64,000 nucleotides of DNA, from NCBI GenBank assembly GCA_040754595.1, contig JBFMCH010000065.1, positions 6,270 through 70,269 of the forward strand. Reading direction: 5' to 3'. Shown here piece by piece: positions 29,910 through 40,645 of this stretch. A program made the translations under genes and the position numbers. The notes beneath the pieces were generated by a model. It was not told where the DNA came from, did no database searches, and saw nothing but the letters and a program-made list of their open reading frames with translations. Origin of the DNA: Bacillota bacterium. Its GTDB lineage: Bacteria > Bacillota > Desulfotomaculia > Desulfotomaculales > Desulfotomaculaceae. Positions within the stretch are counted from its first letter, which is position 1. Every line of letters starts with the position of its first letter.

Positions 29910-31070
29910 ATGAAGCAGATTGCAATCCTGGGAAGTACAGGCTCCATTGGCAGACAAACCCTGGAGGTTGTGGATTCTTTTCCCGATAAACTGAAAGTGG
30001 TTGGACTGGCGGCAGGCCGAAACCGCCAGGCGTTTTTGCGACAATGCCTTCAATACAAGCCTCTGGTGGTGTCCCTGGAAGGGGAGGAAGATGCAAAATG
30101 GCTGCAAGAACATTTGGCCGCTGAAGGTTTTTTTCCGGATATTTACCACGGGGTCAATGGTTTGGTGGCTGTAGCCACCTGTCAGGAAGCTTCCACAGTG
30201 GTAACCGCTTTAAGCGGCGCCATAGGTTTAATCCCCACCTGTGCTGCCATCAAGGCCAAAAAACAAATTGCCCTGGCCAATAAAGAAACCCTGGTGGCCG
30301 CAGGAGATTATGTAACCAGGCTGGCGGAACAAAATAAGGTACAAATCCTGCCGGTGGACAGTGAGCATTCCGCCATCTGGCAGTGTTTACACGGGGAAGA
30401 CAGGCAATCCGTAAAAAGAATCCTGTTAACCGCCTCCGGCGGTCCTTTCCGGCAATATGACCGGGACGCCCTGGCACAAGTGACTCCCCAGGCGGCCCTT
30501 AAACACCCCAACTGGTCCATGGGACAAAAGATCACCATTGACTCCGCCACCTTGATGAATAAAGGCCTGGAGGTTATCGAAGCCCGGTGGCTGTTCAACC
30601 TTGACTTCAATGATATTAACGTGGTGATTCATCCCCAGAGCATTATTCACTCCATGGTGGAGTACGGTGACGGTTCCATCCTGGCCCACCTGGGCATGCC
30701 GGATATGCGGACCCCCATTCAATATGCCCTCAGTTATCCGGAGCGCTGGTTTAACCAACTGCCGCGGTTGAATTTAACCGAACTAAAGGGGTTAACCTTT
30801 GAAGAACCGGATACCGGGCGGTTTCCTTCTCTGGGCCTGGCCTACCAGGCCGGACGACAGGGAGGAACAGCACCGGCGGTGCTGAACGCCGCCAATGAAA
30901 TTGCTGTACATGCGTTTCTGTCAGGCCAAATCAATTTTTTAGAGATTCCTGCAGTGGTGGAAAGAACCCTTGATCAACACAGGGCAATCACACCGTCCAG
31001 CCTGGAGGAAATCATCGAAATCGACGGCTGGGCCAGAACGGCAGCCAATAAAATTATAAGGAACTTATAG
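29910..31070 (+). CDS. dxr: 1-deoxy-D-xylulose-5-phosphate reductoisomerase
   Basis: ILGSTGSIG, LANKE, PVDSEHSAI, HPNWSMGQKITIDSA. Confidence 0.97.
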   Translation: MKQIAILGSTGSIGRQTLEVVDSFPDKLKVVGLAAGRNRQAFLRQCLQYKPLVVSLEGEEDAKWLQEHLAAEGFFPDIYHGVNGLVAVATCQEASTVVTALSGAIGLIPTCAAIKAKKQIALANKETLVAAGDYVTRLAEQNKVQILPVDSEHSAIWQCLHGEDRQSVKRILLTASGGPFRQYDRDALAQVTPQAALKHPNWSMGQKITIDSATLMNKGLEVIEARWLFNLDFNDINVVIHPQSIIHSMVEYGDGSILAHLGMPDMRTPIQYALSYPERWFNQLPRLNLTELKGLTFEEPDTGRFPSLGLAYQAGRQGGTAPAVLNAANEIAVHAFLSGQINFLEIPAVVERTLDQHRAITPSSLEEIIEIDGWARTAANKIIRNL

Positions 31071-31080
31071 AGGTGAAGTT

Positions 31081-32118
31081 ATGCAGACATTTATCGCTTC
31101 GGTGGTTGTTTTTGGTTTACTGATTTTCTTCCATGAATTAGGCCATTTCCTGGTTGCTAAAAGGGTTGGGATTATGGTGCACGAGTTTTCACTGGGGTTT
31201 GGGCCTAAAATTTTTGGCATCCACCGGGGCGAAACCAGGTATAATCTTCGCCTGTTACCACTGGGTGGTTTTGTCCGCATGGCCGGCATGGACCCCAATG
31301 AGGAAGAAGATAAAGGAATCCCCATTGAAAAAACCTTCAATTATAAAACCGCCCTGCAGAGGGCGGCGGTGATTGTTGCCGGTCCGCTGATGAACTTTGT
31401 CCTGGCTGCAGTTCTCTTTGCGCTTATCTTAATGTTACAGGGAGTTCCCGACCCCACAACCACGAAAGTGGGAGAAATTATCGCTGGCTCTCCTGCCCAA
31501 AGGGCCGGCCTAAAAGTAGGGGACGTAATCACTGCCGTAAATAACAGCCCTGTTGAAAACTGGGATCAACTGGTTGCGGAAACCAACAAAAACCCGGGAC
31601 AACCTTTGCGGATAAAAGTGTTAAGGGACGCACAGGAGCTTAACCTGACGGTCGCCACCGTTAAAGATGAATCCGGCCAACATAAAATGGGGATCAGGCC
31701 GACATTGAAAAAAATGGATCCTTTCTCGGCGCTGGCCAAAGGCACCGCCTTTACAGTTCAGATTTCAGGCTTAATTCTTTCTTTCCTTGGTCAAATCTTT
31801 ACCCAACAGGCCCCCATGGATTTGGGCGGTCCGGTCAGAGTCGTCAGTGAAATCGGCAAGGCGGCAGAGTTCGGAATCTTTCAGGTGATGCAGCTGGCCG
31901 CCTTCTTAAGCATTAACCTGGGTCTGTTTAACATGCTGCCCATCCCTGCCCTGGACGGCAGCCGGGTGTTGTTTTTACTCTGGGAAAAGATAACCGGCAG
32001 GCCGGTGGAACCCTCCAAGGAAAGCTTCATTCACATGGTGGGCTTTGGGTTGTTACTGCTTCTCATGGTCGTTATCACTTACAACGATATTGTTTCTCTC
32101 ATGTTTGACAACCGGTGA
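31081..32118 (+). CDS. rseP: RIP metalloprotease RseP
   Basis: HELGH, PDZ domain, [10 protein letters not shown]. Confidence 0.95.
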   Translation: MQTFIASVVVFGLLIFFHELGHFLVAKRVGIMVHEFSLGFGPKIFGIHRGETRYNLRLLPLGGFVRMAGMDPNEEEDKGIPIEKTFNYKTALQRAAVIVAGPLMNFVLAAVLFALILMLQGVPDPTTTKVGEIIAGSPAQRAGLKVGDVITAVNNSPVENWDQLVAETNKNPGQPLRIKVLRDAQELNLTVATVKDESGQHKMGIRPTLKKMDPFSALAKGTAFTVQISGLILSFLGQIFTQQAPMDLGGPVRVVSEIGKAAEFGIFQVMQLAAFLSINLGLFNMLPIPALDGSRVLFLLWEKITGRPVEPSKESFIHMVGFGLLLLLMVVITYNDIVSLMFDNR

Positions 32119-32129
32119 CGGAGGATAGT

Positions 32130-33179
32130 ATGAACTTTAAGAAAACACGCCCGGTCATGGTGGGTCCTGTACAGATCGGCGGGGGCGCCCCCGTTGTGGT
32201 CCAATCCATGACCAACACCGATACCCGGGATGCTCCCGCTACCATCCACCAGATTAATGAACTGGCTCAGGTTGGCTGTGAAGTGATCCGGGTTGCAGTG
32301 CCGGATCAAGAAGCCGCGGCGGCTTTGCCGGCCATCAAAGCGGGAATTACCCTTCCCCTTATCGCAGACATTCACTTCGATTATCGTTTGGCCCTGGCTG
32401 CTTTACAGGCCGGCGTGGACGGGTTGAGGATCAACCCCGGCAATATTGGCGGCAAAGCCAAGGTGCGGGAGGTTGTAGCCGCTGCCGCTGAGCGCAGGGT
32501 GCCCATCCGTATCGGGGTAAATGCCGGTTCCCTGGAAAAGGAACTGTTAAAAAAATACGGCGGGGTCACTGCCGATGGCCTGCTGGAAAGCGCTTTAAAC
32601 CACATTCAACTGTTGGAGGAACTCAACTACCCGGAAATTAAGGTTTCCCTTAAAGCCTCCAACATTCCTTTAATGCTGGAAGCATACCGGAAACTGTCGG
32701 CCAGGGTGGATTACCCCATGCATGTGGGGGTCACCGAAGCCGGTACAATAAGAAGCGGCACCATTAAATCCGCCGTGGGCATCGGTGCCCTGCTGGCCCA
32801 AGGGATCGGGGACACCATCCGGGTTTCCCTGACGGGCCATCCAAAACATGAAGTACATGTGGCCTGGGAGATCCTCAAGGCGCTGGGTTTGCGCCGGCGG
32901 GGGGTGGAACTGATTTCCTGCCCCACCTGCGGCAGAACCCAGATAAACCTGATTCAAATTGCCGAGCAGGTGGAAGAGAGACTGGCCAATGTAGACAAGC
33001 CTATCAAAGTGGCGGTCATGGGATGCGCGGTCAACGGACCCGGCGAGGCCAGGGAGGCCGATGTCGGCATCGCCGGCGGCAGAGGCATCGGCCTCATCTT
33101 CCGCAAAGGCGAAATCATCCGCCAAGTCCCCGAGGAAAACCTGCTGGCGGAACTGCTGAAAGAAATAGAGAAGTTATAA
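32130..33179 (+). CDS. ispG: HMBPP synthase IspG
   Basis: [35 protein letters not shown]. Confidence 0.96.
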   Translation: MNFKKTRPVMVGPVQIGGGAPVVVQSMTNTDTRDAPATIHQINELAQVGCEVIRVAVPDQEAAAALPAIKAGITLPLIADIHFDYRLALAALQAGVDGLRINPGNIGGKAKVREVVAAAAERRVPIRIGVNAGSLEKELLKKYGGVTADGLLESALNHIQLLEELNYPEIKVSLKASNIPLMLEAYRKLSARVDYPMHVGVTEAGTIRSGTIKSAVGIGALLAQGIGDTIRVSLTGHPKHEVHVAWEILKALGLRRRGVELISCPTCGRTQINLIQIAEQVEERLANVDKPIKVAVMGCAVNGPGEAREADVGIAGGRGIGLIFRKGEIIRQVPEENLLAELLKEIEKL

Positions 33180-33295
33180 ATCTACAAAAAAGAAGTCTAT
33201 ACTTACAAAGAAGGTAAAAAGATACAATTCCAATAGCCAATAGCCAATGGCCAGACCCCAGAGAAATACCCAATAGCATACCAGGAGGATCTAAC

Positions 33296-35005
33296 ATGCG
33301 TGCCACTCAAATGTTAATACCTACTTTACGAGAGGTTCCGGCTGAGGCGGAAGTCGTCAGCCACCAGCTATTATTACGGGCCGGTTTTATTCGGAAAACC
33401 GCTTCCGGCATTTATACATATTTACCCTTCGCCCAGCGGGTGCTTAAGAAAATCATGCAAATTGTCAGGGAAGAGATGGACAGGCAGGGCGGGCAGGAAA
33501 TGCTAATGCCCATTATCCAACCGGCTGAAATATGGCTGGAGTCAGGGCGCTGGCATGTCTATGGTCCTGAACTGTTCCGTTTGAAGGACCGGCACAATCG
33601 TGATTTTTGTTTGGCGCCCACCCACGAAGAGGTTATTACCCTGGTGGTGCGTGGTGAAGTAAAATCCTATAAGCAGCTGCCGCAGCTCTTGTATCATATT
33701 ACCAACAAATACCGTGACGAGCGCCGCCCCAGGTTTGGTCTTATGCGGGGCAGGGAATTTATCATGAAGGACCTCTACTCCTTTGACCGGGATGAGGAAG
33801 GTTTGGAGATCAGCTACCGGAAAATGCATGAAGCTTACACCAATGTTTTCAGTCGCTGCGGGCTGCAGTTCCGCCCGGTGGAGGCCGATTCCGGTGCCAT
33901 TGGCGGCAGCACCACCCATGAATTTATGGTGCTGGCGGAATCAGGCGAAGCGGCCATCCTGTATTGTTCTGTTTGCGATTACGCCGCCAATGTGGAAAAA
34001 GCCACAACCCTGCCGGCGGCCGGTCTTGATCCCGGCATTCAACCATTGGATCTGCAGGAAGCAAGCACCCCCGGCAAGAAATCCGCCGAGGAGGTTGCCG
34101 CCTTTTTTGGGATTGAACCCTTCCATGTGATTAAAACCATGTTGTATAAAACCGATCAAGAAGTTGTGGCGGCACTGGTGCGCGGTGACCGGGATGTCAA
34201 CGAAATCAAACTGTTAAATACCCTGGGCGCGCTGACCCTTGAACTGGCTGACGAAGCCACGGTGCAGCAGGCCACCGGCACACCCGCCGGTTACGTGGGT
34301 CCGGTTGGCTTAAAGAACATCCGCATTGTGGCGGACCCCGAAGTGATGGCTCTCACCAATGCAGTGGCCGGGGCCAACAAACGGGATACTCACCTTATCA
34401 ACGTCAATGCCAACCGGGACTTTAAGCCCGATCTGGTAGAAGATATCCGTATGGTCAGGGCAGGGGAGCCCTGCCCGAAATGCGGCGCCCAGCTGCAGGA
34501 AGCCCGGGGGATTGAAGTGGGTCAGATCTTCAAGCTGGGCACCAAGTACAGCAAGGTCCTGGGAGCAAACTTCCTGGATGAAAACGGCAAGGAAAAACCC
34601 ATTGTCATGGGCTGCTACGGCATCGGGGTCACCCGGACCATGGCCGCGGCCATTGAGCAGAACCACGATCAAGACGGCATCATCTGGCCTGCCAGCATTG
34701 CCCCCTATCATGCAGTGGTGATTCCGGTGTCCCCCAAGGATGAAAACCAGATGAAGCTGGCTGAAACCCTGTATCAGGAACTTAACCGGGCAGGGGTGGA
34801 AAGCGTGCTGGATGACCGTCTGGAACGTCCCGGTGTTAAATTTAAGGATGCCGATTTAATCGGTTACCCGCTGAGAATTGTTGTGGGAAATAAAGCCGTT
34901 GAGGAAGGCGTAGTTGAGATCCGCCGGCGGCGTTCCGGTCAAACGGATTTGATTTCCCTATCCGAAGCAGTGGAAAAGGTACGAGAAATTTTACCCACCC
35001 TGTAG
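33296..35005 (+). CDS. proS: Proline--tRNA ligase (with INS editing domain)
   Basis: [38 protein letters not shown]. Confidence 0.97.
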   Translation: MRATQMLIPTLREVPAEAEVVSHQLLLRAGFIRKTASGIYTYLPFAQRVLKKIMQIVREEMDRQGGQEMLMPIIQPAEIWLESGRWHVYGPELFRLKDRHNRDFCLAPTHEEVITLVVRGEVKSYKQLPQLLYHITNKYRDERRPRFGLMRGREFIMKDLYSFDRDEEGLEISYRKMHEAYTNVFSRCGLQFRPVEADSGAIGGSTTHEFMVLAESGEAAILYCSVCDYAANVEKATTLPAAGLDPGIQPLDLQEASTPGKKSAEEVAAFFGIEPFHVIKTMLYKTDQEVVAALVRGDRDVNEIKLLNTLGALTLELADEATVQQATGTPAGYVGPVGLKNIRIVADPEVMALTNAVAGANKRDTHLINVNANRDFKPDLVEDIRMVRAGEPCPKCGAQLQEARGIEVGQIFKLGTKYSKVLGANFLDENGKEKPIVMGCYGIGVTRTMAAAIEQNHDQDGIIWPASIAPYHAVVIPVSPKDENQMKLAETLYQELNRAGVESVLDDRLERPGVKFKDADLIGYPLRIVVGNKAVEEGVVEIRRRRSGQTDLISLSEAVEKVREILPTL

Positions 35006-35014
35006 GAGTAAATT

Positions 35015-36184
35015 ATGATTGTAAATAAAGTTCTGGTACTGTCAGTCTCGGCCGGAGACGGTCATATGAGGGCAGCGGCGGCCATCAAACAGGAGGTCCT
35101 GCAGCGAAACCCCCATGCCGCAGTGATTGTTCTTGATACCTTTCGTTATGCCAGTCCTTTCATTGAGAAGGTGGTACTGGGCACCTACATGGAAATTATC
35201 AAGATGTCTCCGGTTATCTACGGCTATCTTTACCGGCAGGCAGAGAAGGAAAAACCCATATCCGGTTTTGCCAAGAATGAATTTAACCGGATTATTAACC
35301 GGTTGGCAGCACCAAAGCTGATCTCTTTTATCGAGCAGATGCAGCCCCAGGCCATTGTCTGCACCCACCCTTTTCCCCTGGGTATCTTAACCCATTTGCG
35401 GGACATGGGAAAATGTGAGGTGCCCATTATCGCTGCCATTACCGACTTTACGGTTCATCCCTTCTGGCTGTTCGATGATGTGGACTGCTATTTGGTGGCT
35501 GCGGAGTCCCTGGTGAAGGCCTTTGCGGATCATGGCATCAAATTAAGCAAAATCAAAGCCACCGGCATACCCATTGACCCGAGCTTTGCTGTTCCCAAAG
35601 ACCGGGATTTGCTGCGCCGGCAATGGAACCTGAACCCCAAACTGCCCGCCATCTTGATTATGGGGGGTGGCCTGGGCATGGGGCCTCTGGGAGAAGTGGT
35701 AAAAGAATTGGCTTCCGCAGGCTTACCCTGCCAGCTGGTGGTGGTCTGCGGTCGCAATGAACAATTAAGAAATAAACTGCTTAAAATGCTGCCCGGATTG
35801 CCCGGCAGGGTAGAGGTATTGGGTTACGTCACCAACATTCAGGATCTGATGGCCGTCTGCGACTTAATGGTCGGCAAGGCCGGCGGGCTTACTTCTTCGG
35901 AAGCCATGGCAAGCGGGCTGCCCATGTTTATTACCGATCCCATTCCCGGGCAGGAGGAACGCAATGCGGAGTTCCTGGAAAGCGTGGGCGCGGCCAGGTT
36001 GGTAAGGGGTCAGAAGGATCTTCTGCAGCAAGTTAAATACTATCTTAACCAACCGTCTCTGCAAAAATCGATGACCGAAGCGGCCAGAGCCATCGGACGG
36101 CCCAAATCCGCCGCCGCCGCGGTGGATGTGATAGAAGAGCTTATCGAAAAAAATACCGGTGAATCGCTTCGTTCGATTAACTAG
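35015..36184 (+). CDS. ugtP: MGDG synthase / diacylglycerol glucosyltransferase family protein
   Basis: SAGDGH, CTHPFP, TGIPI, GKAGGLTSSEA, PIPGQEERNA. Confidence 0.8.
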   Translation: MIVNKVLVLSVSAGDGHMRAAAAIKQEVLQRNPHAAVIVLDTFRYASPFIEKVVLGTYMEIIKMSPVIYGYLYRQAEKEKPISGFAKNEFNRIINRLAAPKLISFIEQMQPQAIVCTHPFPLGILTHLRDMGKCEVPIIAAITDFTVHPFWLFDDVDCYLVAAESLVKAFADHGIKLSKIKATGIPIDPSFAVPKDRDLLRRQWNLNPKLPAILIMGGGLGMGPLGEVVKELASAGLPCQLVVVCGRNEQLRNKLLKMLPGLPGRVEVLGYVTNIQDLMAVCDLMVGKAGGLTSSEAMASGLPMFITDPIPGQEERNAEFLESVGAARLVRGQKDLLQQVKYYLNQPSLQKSMTEAARAIGRPKSAAAAVDVIEELIEKNTGESLRSIN

Positions 36185-36306
36185 GGGTGTCAACTCAGGT
36201 CGGGACCCCGGGAGTTGAACCCCTTTGCCAGGATTTTTGAGGGCAACCGAAGTTGCCGCCTGGCACGCAGGGCCTGCCAGGCCAAGTTTCCTTTGGAGGG
36301 TTTACC

Positions 36307-39300
36307 TTGGCTGTATCGTTATTTGATGTGCTGTATAAACACAAATTCAACAACGACTTGCAAGAAATCTTCAAACATGCCCAGGTGGTTCGTGTTGTTG
36401 TCAGTGTTGCCAGAAGGCAGTGGAAATTACAGTTAAAAAATCATCGACAACTAACCAGTGAAGAAATTATTAAGCTGAAGTCGGCCCTGGCTGCCCTGAC
36501 ACCGGGGCCGGTTTTGTTAGAGATTGACCTGCAGTCATCCAGGATGCCCTTTGAACAGCCGGATACCGAGTTTCTCAAGGCGGAGCTGGCGCACAGGTTT
36601 CCGGTGGTCCGTGGCTGGTTAAACAATACACAGTGGCAGTGTGAGGAAGGCTGTTTAACCATTTACCTGCCGGACGAGGTGAGTCTGGAACTGTTAAAGG
36701 GCAGGGAGTGTGAATTGTTTTTACAGAACTGCATCAAGTCCAACTTTGGACTTGATTATACCGTTCATTTAGAGATAAAGCAGGAGGCGGCTGCGGAACC
36801 TTCCTGGTGTGAAATGCAAGACCAGTTGGAACGGGCACTGTGGGAAAAACTGGCGGCCGAACAAGCGCCTGCCCAAAAAGAAAATTCCGGGGCTGCATCC
36901 GGCAACTCCGGCGATGAGAATATTATCCTCGGGCGGGCCATCAAAGGGGATGCCAAACCCATCAAAGAAATTCAGGAAGAAGAACGGACCGTTGTACTAC
37001 GGGGAAAAGTCTTTGATCTTGAGCTAAAGCAGCTGAAATCCGGCAGGCAAATCCTGACCTTTAATATAACAGACTACACCGACTCCATTGAGGTGAAAAA
37101 GTTTCTCGACGAGGATGACACCAAAACCCCTGAGCGGGTAAAAAACGGCCAGTGGGTGGTCATTCGGGGGCCGGTGCAGTACGATAAATTTTCCCAGGAA
37201 CTGACTTTGATGGCCTATGATATCAACCTGGCTGAGACAACCGTCCGGCAAGATCAGGCGGAAGAAAAACGGGTAGAGCTTCATTTGCACACCAAGATGA
37301 GCACCATGGACAGTGTGTGCAGCGCCGCTGACATCATAAAACAAGCGGCGGCCTGGGGTCATCCGGCAGTGGCGGTCACCGACCACGGAGTTGTTCAGGC
37401 CTTCCCGGAGGCCTATGCCGCAGCCAAAAAAGCAGGCATCCATTTGATTTACGGCGTTGAAGGCTACCTTATCGATGACGGCATTGCCACTGTATTGAAT
37501 CTAAAAGATAACGGGTTTTTAACCGATTTAGAGTACGTTGTGCTGGATTTTGAAACCACCGGATTCTCTCCCCAGACCGATGAAATCATCGAAATCGGCG
37601 CAGTAAAGTACAGGAATGGCGAAGAAGTGGATCGTTACGGGACCCTGGTGAAGCCTGAAAAGGAGATTCCCTTTGAAGTCACCAAACTGACCGGCATTAC
37701 GTCTGAGATGCTCAGAGAGGCCCCGGCAGGCCCCCAGGCTCTGGCCGCCTTGAGGGATTTTATCGGAGACACCGTGCTGGTGGCCCATAATGCTGCCTTT
37801 GACTTGGGATTCCTTAAAGTAGGTTTTCGCAAACACCTGCAGCAAGAGGTACAGAACCGGGTCATTGATACATTGGGTGTCGCCCGGGTGGCGCTGCCGC
37901 AGCTGAAAAACCACAAGCTGGATACTCTGGTCAAAGAATTTAAAATTGAACTGGCCAATCACCACCGGGCGGTGGATGATGCGGCTGCCACGGGCAAACT
38001 GTGGCAGATCCTGATGAAAAAGGTTCTGGAACAAGGGGTAAGAGATTTAGAAACCCTCGCTGAAATGGGCAGGGGCGTCCAGCAGGAAAAGCTCAGGTCC
38101 AAGCACGTGACGATTTTAGTGAAAGATGAAGTGGGGCTGAAGAATCTCTACCAGCTTATTACCTTATCCCACCTGGAATATTTTCACCGCCAGCCGCGAA
38201 TTCCCAGGCGGGAGTTGATCAAACGCAGGGAAGGTCTGCTGGTGGGCTCCGCCTGCGAGGCTGGTGAACTCTACCAGGCCCTGCTGTCCGGCGCCTCCCG
38301 GGAGGAACTGGAGGCGATCGCTTCCTTTTATGACTACCTGGAAATCCAACCCCTGGGCAACAATGAATTTCTGGTGCGGTCCGGCCAGGTCAATTCACTG
38401 GAGGATTTAAAAGAACTGAACCGCAAGATCGTCAACCTGGGGGATCGGCTGGGCATTCCGGTGGTGGCAACCGGCGACGTGCACTTCCTGGACCCGGAAG
38501 ATGAGGTTTACCGGCGAATTTTGATGGCGGGCAAAGGCTTTGAGGATGCCGACAACCAGGCCCCCCTTTACTTTAAAACCACCGACGAAATGCTGCAGGA
38601 ATTTTCCTACCTGGGAGAGGAAACCGCGTACCGGGTGGTCATAGAAAATCCCCGGCAGATCGCTTCCCGGGTAAAGTCCTTTAAGCCCATCCCGGATACA
38701 CTGCATCCCCCCTATATCGAAGGGGCGGAGCAGCAAATTACCGACATGACTTTACAGAAGGCCCGGGAGTTATACGGCGACCCGCTGCCGGAAGTGGTGC
38801 AGCAAAGGGTTGACAAGGAACTGAAGTCCATCATTGGCAACGGCTTTGCGGTGCTTTACCTGATCGCTCATAAATTGGTGAAGAAATCCTTAGATGACGG
38901 CTACTTGGTGGGTTCCCGGGGTTCGGTGGGTTCTTCCCTGGTGGCAACCTTTACCAACATCACGGAAGTCAACCCGCTGCCGCCCCATTACCGGTGCCCG
39001 CAATGCCGCCACAGTGAGTTTATTACCGACGGTTCCGCCGGCTGCGGCGCGGATATGCCGGATAAAACCTGCCCCCGCTGCGGGACAAACTATATGAAAG
39101 AGGGCCACGACATTCCCTTTGAGGTGTTCCTTGGCTTTGACGGGGACAAGGTGCCTGATATTGATTTGAACTTCTCCGGGGAATACCAGCCCCGGGCCCA
39201 TAAATACACCGAAGAGCTGTTTGGCAAAGAATTCGTGTTTCGGGCCGGCACCATTGGCACCATTGCGGAAAAAACAGCCTTTGGTTTCGTGAAAAACTAT

Positions 39301-40575
39301 TTTGAGGAAAGAAACATCAAGAAGCGAAATGCCGAGCTGAAAAGGCTGGTTTTGGGCTGTGCCGGTGTGAAAAGGACCACTGGTCAGCACCCCGGGGGAC
39401 TGATGGTGGTGCCCAACAATCTGGATGTGCACATGTTTACACCGGTGCAGCGACCGGCCGACGATGTAAAATCCGATACCACCACCACCCATTTTGATTA
39501 CCACTCCATTCACGACAGTTTGGTGAAACTGGATATTCTGGGTCACGACGACCCGACGGTCATCCGCATGCTGGAGGATTTAACGGGGATCAATGCCCGG
39601 GAAATTCCCCTGGATGACCAGAAAACCATGAGCCTGTTTTCCTCCACCGAAGCCCTGGGGGTAACGCCGGAAGAGATCAGGTCCCCGGTTGGGACCTATG
39701 CCATTCCTGAATTTGGCACCAAATTTGTGCGCCAGATGCTGGTGGATACCAAGCCCAAGACTTTTTCGGAACTGGTCCGTATTTCAGGCTTTTCCCACGG
39801 CACCGATGTTTGGCTGAACAACGCCCAGGACTTAATCAGGGCCGGCACCTGCAAACTGTCCGAGGCCATCTCGGCCCGGGACGATATCATGGTTTACTTG
39901 ATTTATAAAGGACTGCAGCCCAAACAGGCCTTTAAAATTATGGAGGGTGTGCGCAAAGGAAAGGGCGTCAAGGAAGAGGATGCCGAGATCATGCGGGCCC
40001 ACAAGGTACCGGAATGGTATATCGAGTCCTGCCGCAGGATTAAATACATGTTCCCCAAGGCCCACGCCACGGCCTATGTGATGATGGCATTCCGCATCGC
40101 CTGGTTTAAGGTTTTCCGTCCCGAGGCCTTCTACGCCGCTTACTTCACAGTGCGGGCCGATGATTTTGATGCGGAGCTCATGGTGCAGGGCCCCAAGAAA
40201 ATCCGGCAGGTGATTGAAGAGATCGAAGAGAAGGGAAACGGTGCCTCCCAGAAAGAAAAGAACATGCTCACCATTTTAGAAGTAGCCCTGGAGGCCAACT
40301 GCCGGGGGATCAAACTGCTGCCCGTGCATTTGGAAAAATCCGACGCCGCCAAATTTATCATTACCCCCGAAGGCTTGCTTTCCCCCTTTGGGGGACTGCA
40401 GGGAGTAGGCGCAGCCGCAGCCCAAAACATCGTGGCCGCCAGGGAGGAAGCCCCCTTTACTTCTATCGATGATCTGCGGAACCGGGCTAAAATCTCGAAA
40501 ACCGTCATTGAGGTGTTACAAAACCACGGCTGCCTGGCGAATCTGCAGGCTTCCGATCAAATGGCTCTGTTTTAA
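36307..40575 (+). CDS. polC: DNA polymerase III PolC-type alpha subunit
   Basis: OB fold, PHP (HLHTKMS), exonuclease (VLDFETTG), VPDIDLNFSG, HhH tail; start TTG 36307 after GGAGGG. Confidence 0.97.
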   Translation: MAVSLFDVLYKHKFNNDLQEIFKHAQVVRVVVSVARRQWKLQLKNHRQLTSEEIIKLKSALAALTPGPVLLEIDLQSSRMPFEQPDTEFLKAELAHRFPVVRGWLNNTQWQCEEGCLTIYLPDEVSLELLKGRECELFLQNCIKSNFGLDYTVHLEIKQEAAAEPSWCEMQDQLERALWEKLAAEQAPAQKENSGAASGNSGDENIILGRAIKGDAKPIKEIQEEERTVVLRGKVFDLELKQLKSGRQILTFNITDYTDSIEVKKFLDEDDTKTPERVKNGQWVVIRGPVQYDKFSQELTLMAYDINLAETTVRQDQAEEKRVELHLHTKMSTMDSVCSAADIIKQAAAWGHPAVAVTDHGVVQAFPEAYAAAKKAGIHLIYGVEGYLIDDGIATVLNLKDNGFLTDLEYVVLDFETTGFSPQTDEIIEIGAVKYRNGEEVDRYGTLVKPEKEIPFEVTKLTGITSEMLREAPAGPQALAALRDFIGDTVLVAHNAAFDLGFLKVGFRKHLQQEVQNRVIDTLGVARVALPQLKNHKLDTLVKEFKIELANHHRAVDDAAATGKLWQILMKKVLEQGVRDLETLAEMGRGVQQEKLRSKHVTILVKDEVGLKNLYQLITLSHLEYFHRQPRIPRRELIKRREGLLVGSACEAGELYQALLSGASREELEAIASFYDYLEIQPLGNNEFLVRSGQVNSLEDLKELNRKIVNLGDRLGIPVVATGDVHFLDPEDEVYRRILMAGKGFEDADNQAPLYFKTTDEMLQEFSYLGEETAYRVVIENPRQIASRVKSFKPIPDTLHPPYIEGAEQQITDMTLQKARELYGDPLPEVVQQRVDKELKSIIGNGFAVLYLIAHKLVKKSLDDGYLVGSRGSVGSSLVATFTNITEVNPLPPHYRCPQCRHSEFITDGSAGCGADMPDKTCPRCGTNYMKEGHDIPFEVFLGFDGDKVPDIDLNFSGEYQPRAHKYTEELFGKEFVFRAGTIGTIAEKTAFGFVKNYFEERNIKKRNAELKRLVLGCAGVKRTTGQHPGGLMVVPNNLDVHMFTPVQRPADDVKSDTTTTHFDYHSIHDSLVKLDILGHDDPTVIRMLEDLTGINAREIPLDDQKTMSLFSSTEALGVTPEEIRSPVGTYAIPEFGTKFVRQMLVDTKPKTFSELVRISGFSHGTDVWLNNAQDLIRAGTCKLSEAISARDDIMVYLIYKGLQPKQAFKIMEGVRKGKGVKEEDAEIMRAHKVPEWYIESCRRIKYMFPKAHATAYVMMAFRIAWFKVFRPEAFYAAYFTVRADDFDAELMVQGPKKIRQVIEEIEEKGNGASQKEKNMLTILEVALEANCRGIKLLPVHLEKSDAAKFIITPEGLLSPFGGLQGVGAAAAQNIVAAREEAPFTSIDDLRNRAKISKTVIEVLQNHGCLANLQASDQMALF

Positions 40576-40645
40576 TCACCATTGAATGAATAGAAAAAGG
40601 ACCCTGCTGTTTTTTTAACTGCAGGGTCTCTTTTTGTATCCTACA

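Noticed and set aside
33180-33295. T-box riboswitch upstream of proS
   Set aside because: The gap is only about 115 nt, with no T-box sequence or terminator seen.
36307-40575. Intein in PolC
   Set aside because: Length and domain order are normal; no LAGLIDADG or HN-C/S/T splice junction was seen.
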